Virus record (IMG/VR): IMGVR_UViG_3300011115_000575
Location: 1,708-65,707 of that record
Direction: 5' to 3' (one strand)
DNA: 64,000 nt
DNA from: a virus
Lineage: Duplodnaviria; Caudoviricetes
A program made the position numbers and the translations under genes. Each line of letters starts with the position of its first letter. The first letter of the stretch is position 1. This document shows positions 54,490 to 63,860 of the stretch, piece after piece. The notes beneath the pieces were generated by a model, which saw only the letters and a list, made by a program, of their open reading frames with translations, did no database searches and was not told the origin of the DNA.

Positions 54490-55821
54490 CTAAGCTAAGT
54501 TATACTTTATAAAGTGCTCATTACCAACAGTTTCCAATCCTTCAATAGAGCTATACACGATATCAAGTGTATCAGTATCAGAAGTAGGAGTTGGAGCTAA
54601 CCCTCCAAGCATTTTCTCACGGAAACGAGAGTTAATACCATCAGACATTTCTAAGTAACGCATTTGCATACGATCTACTTGACCACCACCTTGCTCAACT
54701 TTAATTTTACCAGCAGGAATCAAATAAGCTTCCTTAGTATAAATTGTGTTAGTAGCAGTAGAAGTGATTTGTGGATGCGATAATGCACTTAAACGCTTCT
54801 TGTGGAAAGTACGACCAAAAGCATTAAATGATTGGATACCCAATGTTACAGCGATTTCTTTGTTACCATTGTAAGTAGCATAGTTAATACCACCATTCAA
54901 GAATGGAGAAGTAGAACTAATTGCAGTATCAAAGTTGTTATCAAAGTCAGCACCAGCCCATAATTGGTATTCAATTGGGCAACGGTTAGCATCCATCAAA
55001 CGAGACAAAGTAGATAAGTCAGACAAAGCAATTGTTGAAGTAGCTGTATTTGAAGTAATACCACCTGCATTAACAATAGTGTCACGCAATCCACGAGTTG
55101 TATTGATTGCATTACCATTAGCATCAGTTAAACCAGCAGACTCACGACCAAACAAAACAGTATAAAGAATATCCATTCTGTGCTTCAAATAAGCATCGTG
55201 TTGTTGCTTTAAGAAGTAGTAAGGCTTTCCTTTAAATTCAACCTCAATCTTAGAACCGTAAGCGATATCTGTGATAGATGTCTTAGTTTTAAAGATTTGA
55301 AGTTTGTTAGAACGCTTAACTAAATCAGACTTACGCATTTGGTTAGAACCAGTACCTTCAGCATATGCATTAGAGAAGAAAGATAATTTCGCTCCAGTTG
55401 CAGCCGCAGGAATTGCGTCAGCAGAGTTAACAGGCTTAACAGTAATAATAAAGTCAGTAGCTGCAGAAATAGCAGAAACATAACCTACAACACCGTTAGC
55501 GAACAAAATTAATTCACCTACTACAGGCTTAACTGAAGTTGCTCCAACGCAAGTAATATCTACAGATGCACCAGCAGCTCCAGCAGAAGTTCCCGGAGTT
55601 TTAACTGTAGCCATAGCATACAAGAAGTTGTTTTGTACAGTAAAGTATTCAGTTTGAGCAGAAGCTTTAGAGCGACCTGTCCAATCTAATACATCAAGCA
55701 TAGACGCTTCTTCATCATAGATGTCAAGAACGTCCTTTAAAATTTCACGCTGCTCTAGCGTGTTTGTGAAAGAGACCGTAGATAAAAAGGTACGATCTAT
55801 ATTTCCTGCTGCAATAGCCAT
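54490..55821 (-). CDS. Major capsid protein (crAss-like)
   Basis: 443 aa, N..QIF.T...IT motif, portal-scaffold-MCP synteny, highly expressed codon bias. Confidence 0.85.
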   Translation of the reverse strand: MAIAAGNIDRTFLSTVSFTNTLEQREILKDVLDIYDEEASMLDVLDWTGRSKASAQTEYFTVQNNFLYAMATVKTPGTSAGAAGASVDITCVGATSVKPVVGELILFANGVVGYVSAISAATDFIITVKPVNSADAIPAAATGAKLSFFSNAYAEGTGSNQMRKSDLVKRSNKLQIFKTKTSITDIAYGSKIEVEFKGKPYYFLKQQHDAYLKHRMDILYTVLFGRESAGLTDANGNAINTTRGLRDTIVNAGGITSNTATSTIALSDLSTLSRLMDANRCPIEYQLWAGADFDNNFDTAISSTSPFLNGGINYATYNGNKEIAVTLGIQSFNAFGRTFHKKRLSALSHPQITSTATNTIYTKEAYLIPAGKIKVEQGGGQVDRMQMRYLEMSDGINSRFREKMLGGLAPTPTSDTDTLDIVYSSIEGLETVGNEHFIKYNLA

Positions 55822-55849
55822 TTTTTTTTAAAATTTAAAAAGTTAAAAA

Positions 55850-56941
55850 TTATTTTCTTGTAACTTTCATCCCTTTTAAAAATCCTAATCTGTCATCATA
55901 TGGGTTATCGTTTCCTTCATCCCCTACCACAACTGATTTTGAAGTCATATTGGGTGTTACATTTTTTAACTCAGTCTCCATAGCTTTTCTACCTAAAGAC
56001 TTTCCGTGTTTAATTAATTCTCCAATAAATAAGTCAGGGTTTTCCGTAAACGCAACAACCTTAACCCATTTATCCCAATCAACACTTCCATCTTGTTTTG
56101 CAAACGTAGATAGAAACTGAGTTGAATCAAGTGCGTAATCAACAACTCTATTAGTATCTGCAACTTGGAAGTTAATTCCTTCTCCGTTAGCTCCAACTTT
56201 AATATAACTGTTTTTTAATACACCTTCAATTCCACTTTGAGCAAGTTGCCTATTTTGCTCTTGTTGAGCTTGTAGTTGTTCTTGTGAAACTGTAATCTGT
56301 TGTTCTTGTATCGTAGGTTGAATAGATTGTAAGAATTGCGTTTGCTCTTCCTTGAGTGAATGTCTTAGCTTATTAGCATCTCGCTTTAATAAGGCTTGAC
56401 CAAGCTCAATATCATCTTCTTCATACGAATCAAGATTGTACTTTTCAAGCTCCTTCTGAAATAATCTATCTCTGGTTTTTGCTGGTAAATCTGAATTGTC
56501 CTTATCGAACTTCATCTTTAGCAACTGCGAATCATCAACAGTATCATAATCAGTCTGAGTGGCTTCTAAAAAAGGTTGCAGTGTTCCATACTTCTCGTAA
56601 TAGTCAACTGCTTTCTTTATAAAGTCATCCTTGAATTTATAATCTGTGGGTTCGGATTTGCTTTCTTCAAATTGGTCTTCTATGATTGTGTCAGCAACTT
56701 TTTCGTTACTTCCATCTGTTTTTACATAGACCTCTTCGTCAGTTTCTTCGTTCCCCGCATTTTCATCTGTTAAACCCTCATCGTTCTGAGGATTATTATT
56801 TTCAACAGTATCATCAACTCCTTCGCCTTCAGCAGCATTATCTGCTTTATCAATCGATTCGGTATCTGTTTTTTCTGTTGTATCTTCAATTACTGTTTCA
56901 TTTTTATCTAACAGTTCATCTAAATTAATTGGCTCTGCCAT
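55850..56941 (-). CDS. Scaffolding protein
   Basis: Acidic low-complexity N-terminus; lies between portal and MCP. Confidence 0.7.
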   Translation of the reverse strand: MAEPINLDELLDKNETVIEDTTEKTDTESIDKADNAAEGEGVDDTVENNNPQNDEGLTDENAGNEETDEEVYVKTDGSNEKVADTIIEDQFEESKSEPTDYKFKDDFIKKAVDYYEKYGTLQPFLEATQTDYDTVDDSQLLKMKFDKDNSDLPAKTRDRLFQKELEKYNLDSYEEDDIELGQALLKRDANKLRHSLKEEQTQFLQSIQPTIQEQQITVSQEQLQAQQEQNRQLAQSGIEGVLKNSYIKVGANGEGINFQVADTNRVVDYALDSTQFLSTFAKQDGSVDWDKWVKVVAFTENPDLFIGELIKHGKSLGRKAMETELKNVTPNMTSKSVVVGDEGNDNPYDDRLGFLKGMKVTRK

Positions 56942-56973
56942 ATATATATTGTTTGGTTACGCAAAACTATAAA

Positions 56974-59271
56974 CTATTTTTTATAATCTGACATTTTAAT
57001 AGCAGATTTCTTTATCTCTGCAATATACTCTCTTGAGTCAGCTTCTATTTTACTCATATCTATTTTACCAGACATTTTCATTTGCTCAATTTGTGCTTCC
57101 ATTTGAAGTTTCATTAGAAGCATTTGCGATTCAAGCTCTTTTTCTTTTTGAATAACCGCCATTTTAGCTTGAGTTTCTATTTGAATAGTCTGCTGTTGCA
57201 TTTGAGCTGCTACTTGAGCAGATTGTTGCTGAATCTGACCATTCATTTGTTGTTGTTGCATTGACCTTTCTTGAGCATCTTCTTGGTTCTTACTTATTTT
57301 GTATGCTAATAATAATTCAGCATACTTTAAGTTATCCAAATTTTCAACCATCATTGCGTCAGCCAATGTTATTTGCCCCGCTTGTATTGCCTGCTCAATT
57401 CTTCTATCTAATTTTTCTCTATCTGCTTCTGTTGGTTTTTGTTCGATTATCAAACCACATTCGTAAGCAGAAACATTAGGATCTAACTTAAAGAATTGAA
57501 CTGTATTAGAACCTAATGCTCTAACAAATCCATCAATAGTCCCCATTTGAGCAGCATCTTGAATTCTTAAAGTTAACGAATAGCATAACCTCTCTAGTAA
57601 GTTTCTTTCAGAACGCTTAATATAGTCAAGAGAATTATTTGTTGATTCAGATGCATACTTGGCTACTCCCTTTAATGTGCGGGGATCCGGCGTTGAACCA
57701 TCTGTAATCTCATTAAACCCTAATATATCTCTCAATAATTGAATATTGTTTGTAATAATATTAAAGTATTGTACAGCTTCATTCCCAATACCGTTTTCAA
57801 GTTCTTCAATTGGTTTGTAGTTACTTGCTTGCCCTTCATCATTTAATCTACGATAAACTAAATTTCCAGTTTGATTATATAAATCTATAACATCCATTGG
57901 TTTAAGAGCTTTGCCTCCTCTACCAATTGGCACATTTTCCAATGCACCTAACTCTATCATTATACCTCTTGGTCTTGCCCTAAGCATTACATTTTGTAAT
58001 TTATACCAAGCCATTTGTATCTGGTCCGCAATTGGTTTCATTTGTTCACCTAATGAATAGGTGTTCATTTGATATAATTGTGGAGCAACAACGTGATAAG
58101 ATAAAGTAGTTTCAGTCATTGAAGACTTAGCCCTCTTCATATTTGTAGCTAATTGGCAATCAAAAAACATATCAGAATCAATAATCCATTTACCTTGATA
58201 CACAACTTTATAATCAGTTTTGGTATATTTCTTATCTGACTTATTGTTTTTTATTTTACTTGCTCTACCTACAACTGTATTTCCTTTTGAGTTAACTCTT
58301 TCTTCTTGTATAAAATGATTTACAGAATAAAACTCCAAGTCAAGAACTCTAATTCTAAAACCATCATAGTTTCTATTTTGGTTTGAGTTAACATTTTTAA
58401 GTAACGCAGGATTTCCTAATTTATTTGTATACTTAGCTGCAATTATTTCGTATTGAGCTTCTGTAATTTGATCTCCCGCAAGTTCTTTAAGATCAGAAAT
58501 TGTCATCTCAAGTACTTCTCCAAAATATTGAACATCTTCAAAATTCGGATCAATAGCATATGACATAACCATATTTGCTGGAGATACATGGCGGGTTTTA
58601 ATTGTACCTGACCTATCAAAGTATTCTTTGTAAGCAGTAATACCGTAATCAATTAAGTCTTCAACTGCTTTTTCTCTTTGTTGAGGAAATTTGTTTAAAC
58701 TTAATATTAATTCCAACGCTTGCTCCATCTCAATTGCCATTCTATGCTTATATGAATAGTTCATATACATATCAAGCTCCTTTAATGAAGAAGCATCAAC
58801 ATCGGGGTCTGGCACCAAACTTGGGTCAATCCCTTGTTTTTTAAATTCTTCTTTTACTATAAGTGCAGATGCATTCTTTGCGTAAAATTCTTTTTTATCG
58901 TCTTGTGCTAACGGGTCAATTGCGTCAACAGAAATAGTATAGTCGGCTTTTAATAAAGTAGCTAAAGCTATTCTTCTAAACTTTGGGATAATTGGTAATA
59001 TATCCCAGTTAATATTAATCCAAGATTGGTCTTCGTTAGCAACTTGATTAGGTTGAAATAACTTCTTATATCTACTTACCGATTGTTTCCCAAGCATATA
59101 CAACTTGGTTTCATGGTACTTATCTCTTCCGTTATAAAGTTGATTAGGATAATAAGTTGAAAAATCCATCCAAGCGGATTTTATATATTGAGCAATCCAT
59201 TTTTTATCCTTTTGAGAAGAATCTAATAGGTGGCTTGGAAAACCAAGTGTCGAAGTTACGTTATCATCCAT
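56974..59271 (-). CDS. Portal protein
   Basis: W..LPIIPKF, IQLLRDILG.NE..DG.TP, Q-rich C-terminus; follows TerL. Confidence 0.88.
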   Translation of the reverse strand: MDDNVTSTLGFPSHLLDSSQKDKKWIAQYIKSAWMDFSTYYPNQLYNGRDKYHETKLYMLGKQSVSRYKKLFQPNQVANEDQSWININWDILPIIPKFRRIALATLLKADYTISVDAIDPLAQDDKKEFYAKNASALIVKEEFKKQGIDPSLVPDPDVDASSLKELDMYMNYSYKHRMAIEMEQALELILSLNKFPQQREKAVEDLIDYGITAYKEYFDRSGTIKTRHVSPANMVMSYAIDPNFEDVQYFGEVLEMTISDLKELAGDQITEAQYEIIAAKYTNKLGNPALLKNVNSNQNRNYDGFRIRVLDLEFYSVNHFIQEERVNSKGNTVVGRASKIKNNKSDKKYTKTDYKVVYQGKWIIDSDMFFDCQLATNMKRAKSSMTETTLSYHVVAPQLYQMNTYSLGEQMKPIADQIQMAWYKLQNVMLRARPRGIMIELGALENVPIGRGGKALKPMDVIDLYNQTGNLVYRRLNDEGQASNYKPIEELENGIGNEAVQYFNIITNNIQLLRDILGFNEITDGSTPDPRTLKGVAKYASESTNNSLDYIKRSERNLLERLCYSLTLRIQDAAQMGTIDGFVRALGSNTVQFFKLDPNVSAYECGLIIEQKPTEADREKLDRRIEQAIQAGQITLADAMMVENLDNLKYAELLLAYKISKNQEDAQERSMQQQQMNGQIQQQSAQVAAQMQQQTIQIETQAKMAVIQKEKELESQMLLMKLQMEAQIEQMKMSGKIDMSKIEADSREYIAEIKKSAIKMSDYKK

Positions 59272-59273
59272 AA

Positions 59274-61283
59274 TTAAAACGGAAATACATCTCGTATTTC
59301 ATATAGTTTTTGTTGTTGTTCAATCTTTTGAGTAAACTTTGATTTACTCGATGCAATTAAGGTATAACCACTCGCCATTGCTGCATCAAATTTAGTTGTT
59401 TTATTTATATCAAAGTGCAACCAATCGTTTAAAAGTTTTGGAAATTTTACTTTATGTAAATTATCCATTATATAACTTTCTGTTTCCTCGGCTATCTGTT
59501 GGTGCACCTTTGTGCTAGCAGATATACCATACTTAGTAGAATTGGGCATTTTAATTAAAAACTTTTCGTATCCTCTATATTCAAAGTACTTAATTAAACC
59601 AATTTTTTGATCCTCAGAAAGTATTTCACAACCAAAAAAATGGCACAACTTAATCATATCCTCATAAAATATTTCTGCTTTATCAGGTCTATTTAAGTAT
59701 TCAATTAAAAATGTTTCACTCAACTCATCTGTTGCATCAAATCTCCTATAGACATATGCTGCTCCATCAGAACGTTCATTGCTTGTTGTTATCGAATGGT
59801 CAAAGGGGTCAACTCCAATTGCATATTTTGTTTTAGCTTTTGGTGTTTTCTTTGTGCCATACTCCTCAACTTGGTTATATGAATCAACGTCTTGTGGGTT
59901 TACTTCTTTTATTACAAGAAACTTACCCGTAGAACTTTCTTTAAAAATAACCTTGCTATCACGAACTCCATCTTCCCAGATAAATTCTCCTTGCAAATAT
60001 AATTCTTTTTTATCAATCCACGATATTGTTTCAATTTGCCTATTGATTGCCATTGCATCATATAAGCAAGTCTCTCCTTCACTAAAGAATGCCTCCTCAA
60101 TAGTAAATGGGTTTTTACGAATATAAGATGCTAATGCTCTACTATCAGATGACAACGCATCCCTTGCATTTATATAATAATCTTTTGCTTTTTCTTCGTC
60201 TGCAAATCCATACTTATCGTAGAATAGTGTTTTATAGGCGGGCATAAAGTATTGGTATAGCCCTGACATTGTTCTTCCATTCTTATCTCTTTTGGATTGG
60301 TCTGATGCCATCCAAAGTTGTTTAAAAGATGCTCCCCCATCTTCCATCTCCTCAACAGTAGTAGTATATAAAGCCTTACCAATAATATTTTCTTCTTGTT
60401 GTAAACAAAATTGAACCACTTGATGACGGTCATAAACATCAACATTCTTTGTTTTGCCCGCTTCATCCGCAAGGTATCTATGTAATTTCGTTCCATCGTA
60501 TGAGAATTTATCTGCTGACTTAAATGTAATGCTTGACTCAAGTTCTATCTTTTTATCAAAATCAAAATCAGATGCACCCCTCTTATTTGTTTTAAAGAAA
60601 CGAAGTTCTCCTTTAGGGGTCATACCTTTTTCAGTATCGTAAATCGGAATAAAGAAATCGGGTAGGTATTTAAATGGCATTACAACACCTTTAGCAAAAA
60701 CGTTTTCTTTTGCATCTTCAAACGTTTTACTTTGTATACCTGCGTTTTTATTTCTACTACGGGAAGTAAGCTCAAATAAAAAAGCACCCGCCCTCATTGT
60801 CTTACCCTGTCTACGTTTTGTTACCTCAATCATTCCTAGACTGCGTGGGTCTTGGCATACATATTCTAAAAAGTAAAAAAACTCTTTGTCCGTAATACGA
60901 AAGTCAGGATACCCTACATCTATTTTCCAATGGACCAGATAAAAATAATGAAGCCCTGTAATATAAGTGGCATGACCATTGTTATAAAACCAAAATCCAT
61001 TTAATCTTCTATCCCACTCTTGATTTCTATAGTTCTGAAGCTCACTACTTTGATAATCAGCATTTGTTTTTTGAGATAACATCTCACGCTTTCTTTTTGC
61101 TTCGTAATCATCGGGTGGCAAAGGTCTCTCCCAATACTGATTTTCCTTCCGCATAGACCGCTTAACCGGATCCCTTTTTTCCCATTCATTTGTGATAATA
61201 TTATATACCCACCCAATAGGAGGAACATTTACCGTAATCCCATGAATATCAAGTTGTTTTGAATTTTTATGAACTCTATACAT
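59274..61283 (-). CDS. terL: Terminase large subunit
   Basis: KRRQGKT Walker A, DEAGK Walker B, GVDPFD nuclease motif; likely start ATG 61283. Confidence 0.92.
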   Translation of the reverse strand: MYRVHKNSKQLDIHGITVNVPPIGWVYNIITNEWEKRDPVKRSMRKENQYWERPLPPDDYEAKRKREMLSQKTNADYQSSELQNYRNQEWDRRLNGFWFYNNGHATYITGLHYFYLVHWKIDVGYPDFRITDKEFFYFLEYVCQDPRSLGMIEVTKRRQGKTMRAGAFLFELTSRSRNKNAGIQSKTFEDAKENVFAKGVVMPFKYLPDFFIPIYDTEKGMTPKGELRFFKTNKRGASDFDFDKKIELESSITFKSADKFSYDGTKLHRYLADEAGKTKNVDVYDRHQVVQFCLQQEENIIGKALYTTTVEEMEDGGASFKQLWMASDQSKRDKNGRTMSGLYQYFMPAYKTLFYDKYGFADEEKAKDYYINARDALSSDSRALASYIRKNPFTIEEAFFSEGETCLYDAMAINRQIETISWIDKKELYLQGEFIWEDGVRDSKVIFKESSTGKFLVIKEVNPQDVDSYNQVEEYGTKKTPKAKTKYAIGVDPFDHSITTSNERSDGAAYVYRRFDATDELSETFLIEYLNRPDKAEIFYEDMIKLCHFFGCEILSEDQKIGLIKYFEYRGYEKFLIKMPNSTKYGISASTKVHQQIAEETESYIMDNLHKVKFPKLLNDWLHFDINKTTKFDAAMASGYTLIASSKSKFTQKIEQQQKLYEIRDVFPF

Positions 61284-61315
61284 ATTATAATGATTGGTAA
61301 ATGCCTTTTCTAATT

Positions 61316-61798
61316 CTATAGCAAACTGCACTTACTGTTAGATTTATTTTTTTTTGCTAATTCTATTCTTGATGAATAAACAATTCCACTTGATTTATCT
61401 AGAACAGGCTTTGTTGTAAACATATTTTTTACGTTTAATTTTCCTTTTTCCTTTGAAACACTTCTTGCTTTATTAGTTACATAAGATGTACCAATCCTCC
61501 AAGAATGATTAATATTTTCAGACGGAGTGCACCATTCAAGATTTTCTACTCGATTATCGTTTTTTATTCCATTTATATGGTTTACTTCTTTTTTATTTAA
61601 GGGATTTTTAATAAACGTTTGTGCTACAATTCGATGTGCGGTATAATTTTTGCTCAAACCGTTTTTTGAAAGATTAACAACAACATAAGATTTTGATTTA
61701 TTGCTTAACACTTTTAATGTTTTTTTATTCCTTACATTCCCCCTACAGCTAACTTCATACAATCCTTCGTAATTCACAATATCTTTCCAATTTTCCAT
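61316..61798 (-). CDS. NUMOD4-HNH homing endonuclease (3' frameshift likely)
   Basis: ENWKDI..YEGLYEVS..G.VR; HRIVA..F; VNHINGIK.DNRVENLEW. Confidence 0.88.
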   Translation of the reverse strand: MENWKDIVNYEGLYEVSCRGNVRNKKTLKVLSNKSKSYVVVNLSKNGLSKNYTAHRIVAQTFIKNPLNKKEVNHINGIKNDNRVENLEWCTPSENINHSWRIGTSYVTNKARSVSKEKGKLNVKNMFTTKPVLDKSSGIVYSSRIELAKKNKSNSKCSLL

Positions 61799-61815
61799 AT
61801 TTTTTTTTGTTAATA

Positions 61816-62373
61816 TTATAAGTTAGATATTGCCTCAGGGGTCATACTTAATATTTTATCTTTTTTATCGCTATTATCTCCAAACAGTTTCTCTTCATAA
61901 GCCTCAATCCTTTTAATAATAGCATCGCATTCTCCCATTAACTTTGATTTAATTTCTAATGCTTGTAGTTTATCCTTATCATTTTTAAAATCTTTAATAG
62001 GATTCAATAACTCTTGCTGATACTGCCACAACACCTCTTCGTTAGCGGCTAATATTGACCACACCTTGGACTGCTGATACCGAAGATAGGCATTTACATA
62101 ACCTACTATATTTGGATGGCTTAAATCAAAGATTTGTTCATTAGCTTTTAACCCTACTAATTCAGCACACTCCTTCTTCCTATCTAATAACAAAGGTATC
62201 TTTAACCTAAGCGGAGACTTGCTATCATATAACAATATTACATACTTAATAATTGCTTCTTCAGTTGGAGATACTTTACCAAACAACTGCTCAATAATTT
62301 TCTGTTTAGCAAAGTTCTTTGCAAATGGGTCTATTGTTAAAACCTTAAAATCTTCTTCAGTAAATAATGCCAT
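61816..62373 (-). CDS. Putative terminase small subunit
   Basis: Position upstream of TerL, size and helical composition. Confidence 0.5.
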   Translation of the reverse strand: MALFTEEDFKVLTIDPFAKNFAKQKIIEQLFGKVSPTEEAIIKYVILLYDSKSPLRLKIPLLLDRKKECAELVGLKANEQIFDLSHPNIVGYVNAYLRYQQSKVWSILAANEEVLWQYQQELLNPIKDFKNDKDKLQALEIKSKLMGECDAIIKRIEAYEEKLFGDNSDKKDKILSMTPEAISNL

Positions 62374-62483
62374 AGTATATTATATTTTATTTCGGCGGGC
62401 TGGGGAGACCCGAAATCTTTTTTCTTTTTTTTCTTCTTTTAGGAGTGTTAATAATTATTTGAAAATAAATTGAAAATAATTTG

Positions 62484-62616
62484 CATTATATTTTTTTATA
62501 TTAACTCTATTATTATATTTAATATTATGGTGATACTATAGCATCACCCCCCTGCTGCTATAGCATCACCCCCCCTGCTTGCCGAGTATCACCCCCTGCT
62601 GCTATAGCATCACCCT
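62484..62616 (-). repeat. Second, inverted copy of the origin (four iterons plus AT-rich tract)
   Basis: Reverse complement matches 7481-7597, including CTCGGCAAGCAGGGGGG and TAATAATAGAGTTAATA. Confidence 0.85.
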
Positions 62617-63271
62617 AAAAAGCATTATATTTACCCAATATATCCCCTTGACGTATTGTATAATAAGATTTTCCCTCTATCGTGTTTTCAAAATTGAGTG
62701 ACTTTTCAATCAAAACTTTTTCACCCAAATTCACACCAATAGAGTTTACATTTTTCAACGGTTTTCCAATATGTCGCATAATTGCAACTTTGGTAGACTC
62801 CTTTTTTCCAATAGATGTCACTAATCCAGAACTATTTGTGACAGCAGATATCTTTACACCATTAACTTCTACCTGCGAAAACTCTTCTTCCCCTTCAACC
62901 ATTTTCTCGCAGAATGTCCAACCGCCAATAGGTATAATATCAGTACCCCTGACCACACAAAAAATCCAACAATAAGGTATTCTATAATAGTTGCCATAAA
63001 GACAAGCATTCTCATCAAACGTTGCCAAGTAATGAAAGTATACTTTATCGCCAACTTGTACGTCAGCTTCAATTTCAATCCCGTCTTCATTATAGCACTT
63101 GCCTTTTGGGATAGCTTTAACCACTCCGTATATTCTTGCATTGTGTGTGGGTTTATATAATGGGTCTATAAAGATAGATAATGAGCCGTATTGGACTGTG
63201 TCATCGTATTGTGCACCAACCTCAACGATTAAACTATTAGGCGATGCTTGAGATAGCTCGTATTGTAACAT
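62615..63271 (-). CDS. GroES-like co-chaperonin with two tandem GroES-like domains
   Basis: G.V.A.P.G...VQVGDKVYF and GEKVL...IEGKSYYTIRQGDILG. Confidence 0.65.
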   Translation of the reverse strand: MLQYELSQASPNSLIVEVGAQYDDTVQYGSLSIFIDPLYKPTHNARIYGVVKAIPKGKCYNEDGIEIEADVQVGDKVYFHYLATFDENACLYGNYYRIPYCWIFCVVRGTDIIPIGGWTFCEKMVEGEEEFSQVEVNGVKISAVTNSSGLVTSIGKKESTKVAIMRHIGKPLKNVNSIGVNLGEKVLIEKSLNFENTIEGKSYYTIRQGDILGKYNAF

Positions 63272-63539
63272 ATTTTGTCTGTTTGGTTTATAAATCCAAA
63301 GTTATAGAATCATATTCATTTTTCATAATGCTTGCTTCTAAGGCAGTATTTTCTGCTGAGTAAAGTATATTGTTGTAAAAGTAATTATGCTTCAGCAGAT
63401 GGCAAGCAAAGCATAGTGTTGCTAACGTGTCAGCATTTTGTTAACGTTTATTTTCTACTAGCATTTTTTTTATACTGTGGGCTTGGAGTGACAAGGTTAT
63501 ATATATTATTGGGATCCGGTAGAAAAAATCCGCGAAATC

Positions 63540-63860
63540 AGAAAATTTGACCGAGTAGGTATTGAATTACATTTCCAAAAACCTAATTTCCGAGATCTCA
63601 AGGCACTTTTTATACATAAAATATGTTTCAACATATATACTGGTTTACGAGGGATCAATACTTGTTGTCTCAATTACTTTTGCCCAAGCAGATAGATAAG
63701 AAGAACGAACAATCCGATTTGACATAGTGCATAAAACAAAAATGTATACATCCAATTACTTTTCAATTCAATTACATTTCCATTTTGATACAAATTATTT
63801 TAGAACAAAAATCTGACCAAGCAAAATCCATTCAATTACATTCTCTTCACTACAAAATTT
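63540..63860 (+). repeat. Non-coding region with repeated TCAATTAC(A/T)TT motifs
   Basis: Exact copies at 63670, 63768 and 63832; variants at 63563 and 63753. Confidence 0.55.

Noticed and set aside
20028-60642. Many short antisense or alternate-frame ORFs in the ORF track
   Set aside because: Shadows of long genes, with no independent coding signal.
62530-62616. CRISPR mini-array
   Set aside because: The roughly 22-nt units have no unique spacers and match the iterons in the initiator gene.
19098-63271. Stop-codon reassignment as in some crAss-like phages
   Set aside because: Genes are full-length and densely packed under the standard code.
63332-63550. 72-aa ORF on the + strand
   Set aside because: TTG start, no recognisable motif, lies in an apparently regulatory region.
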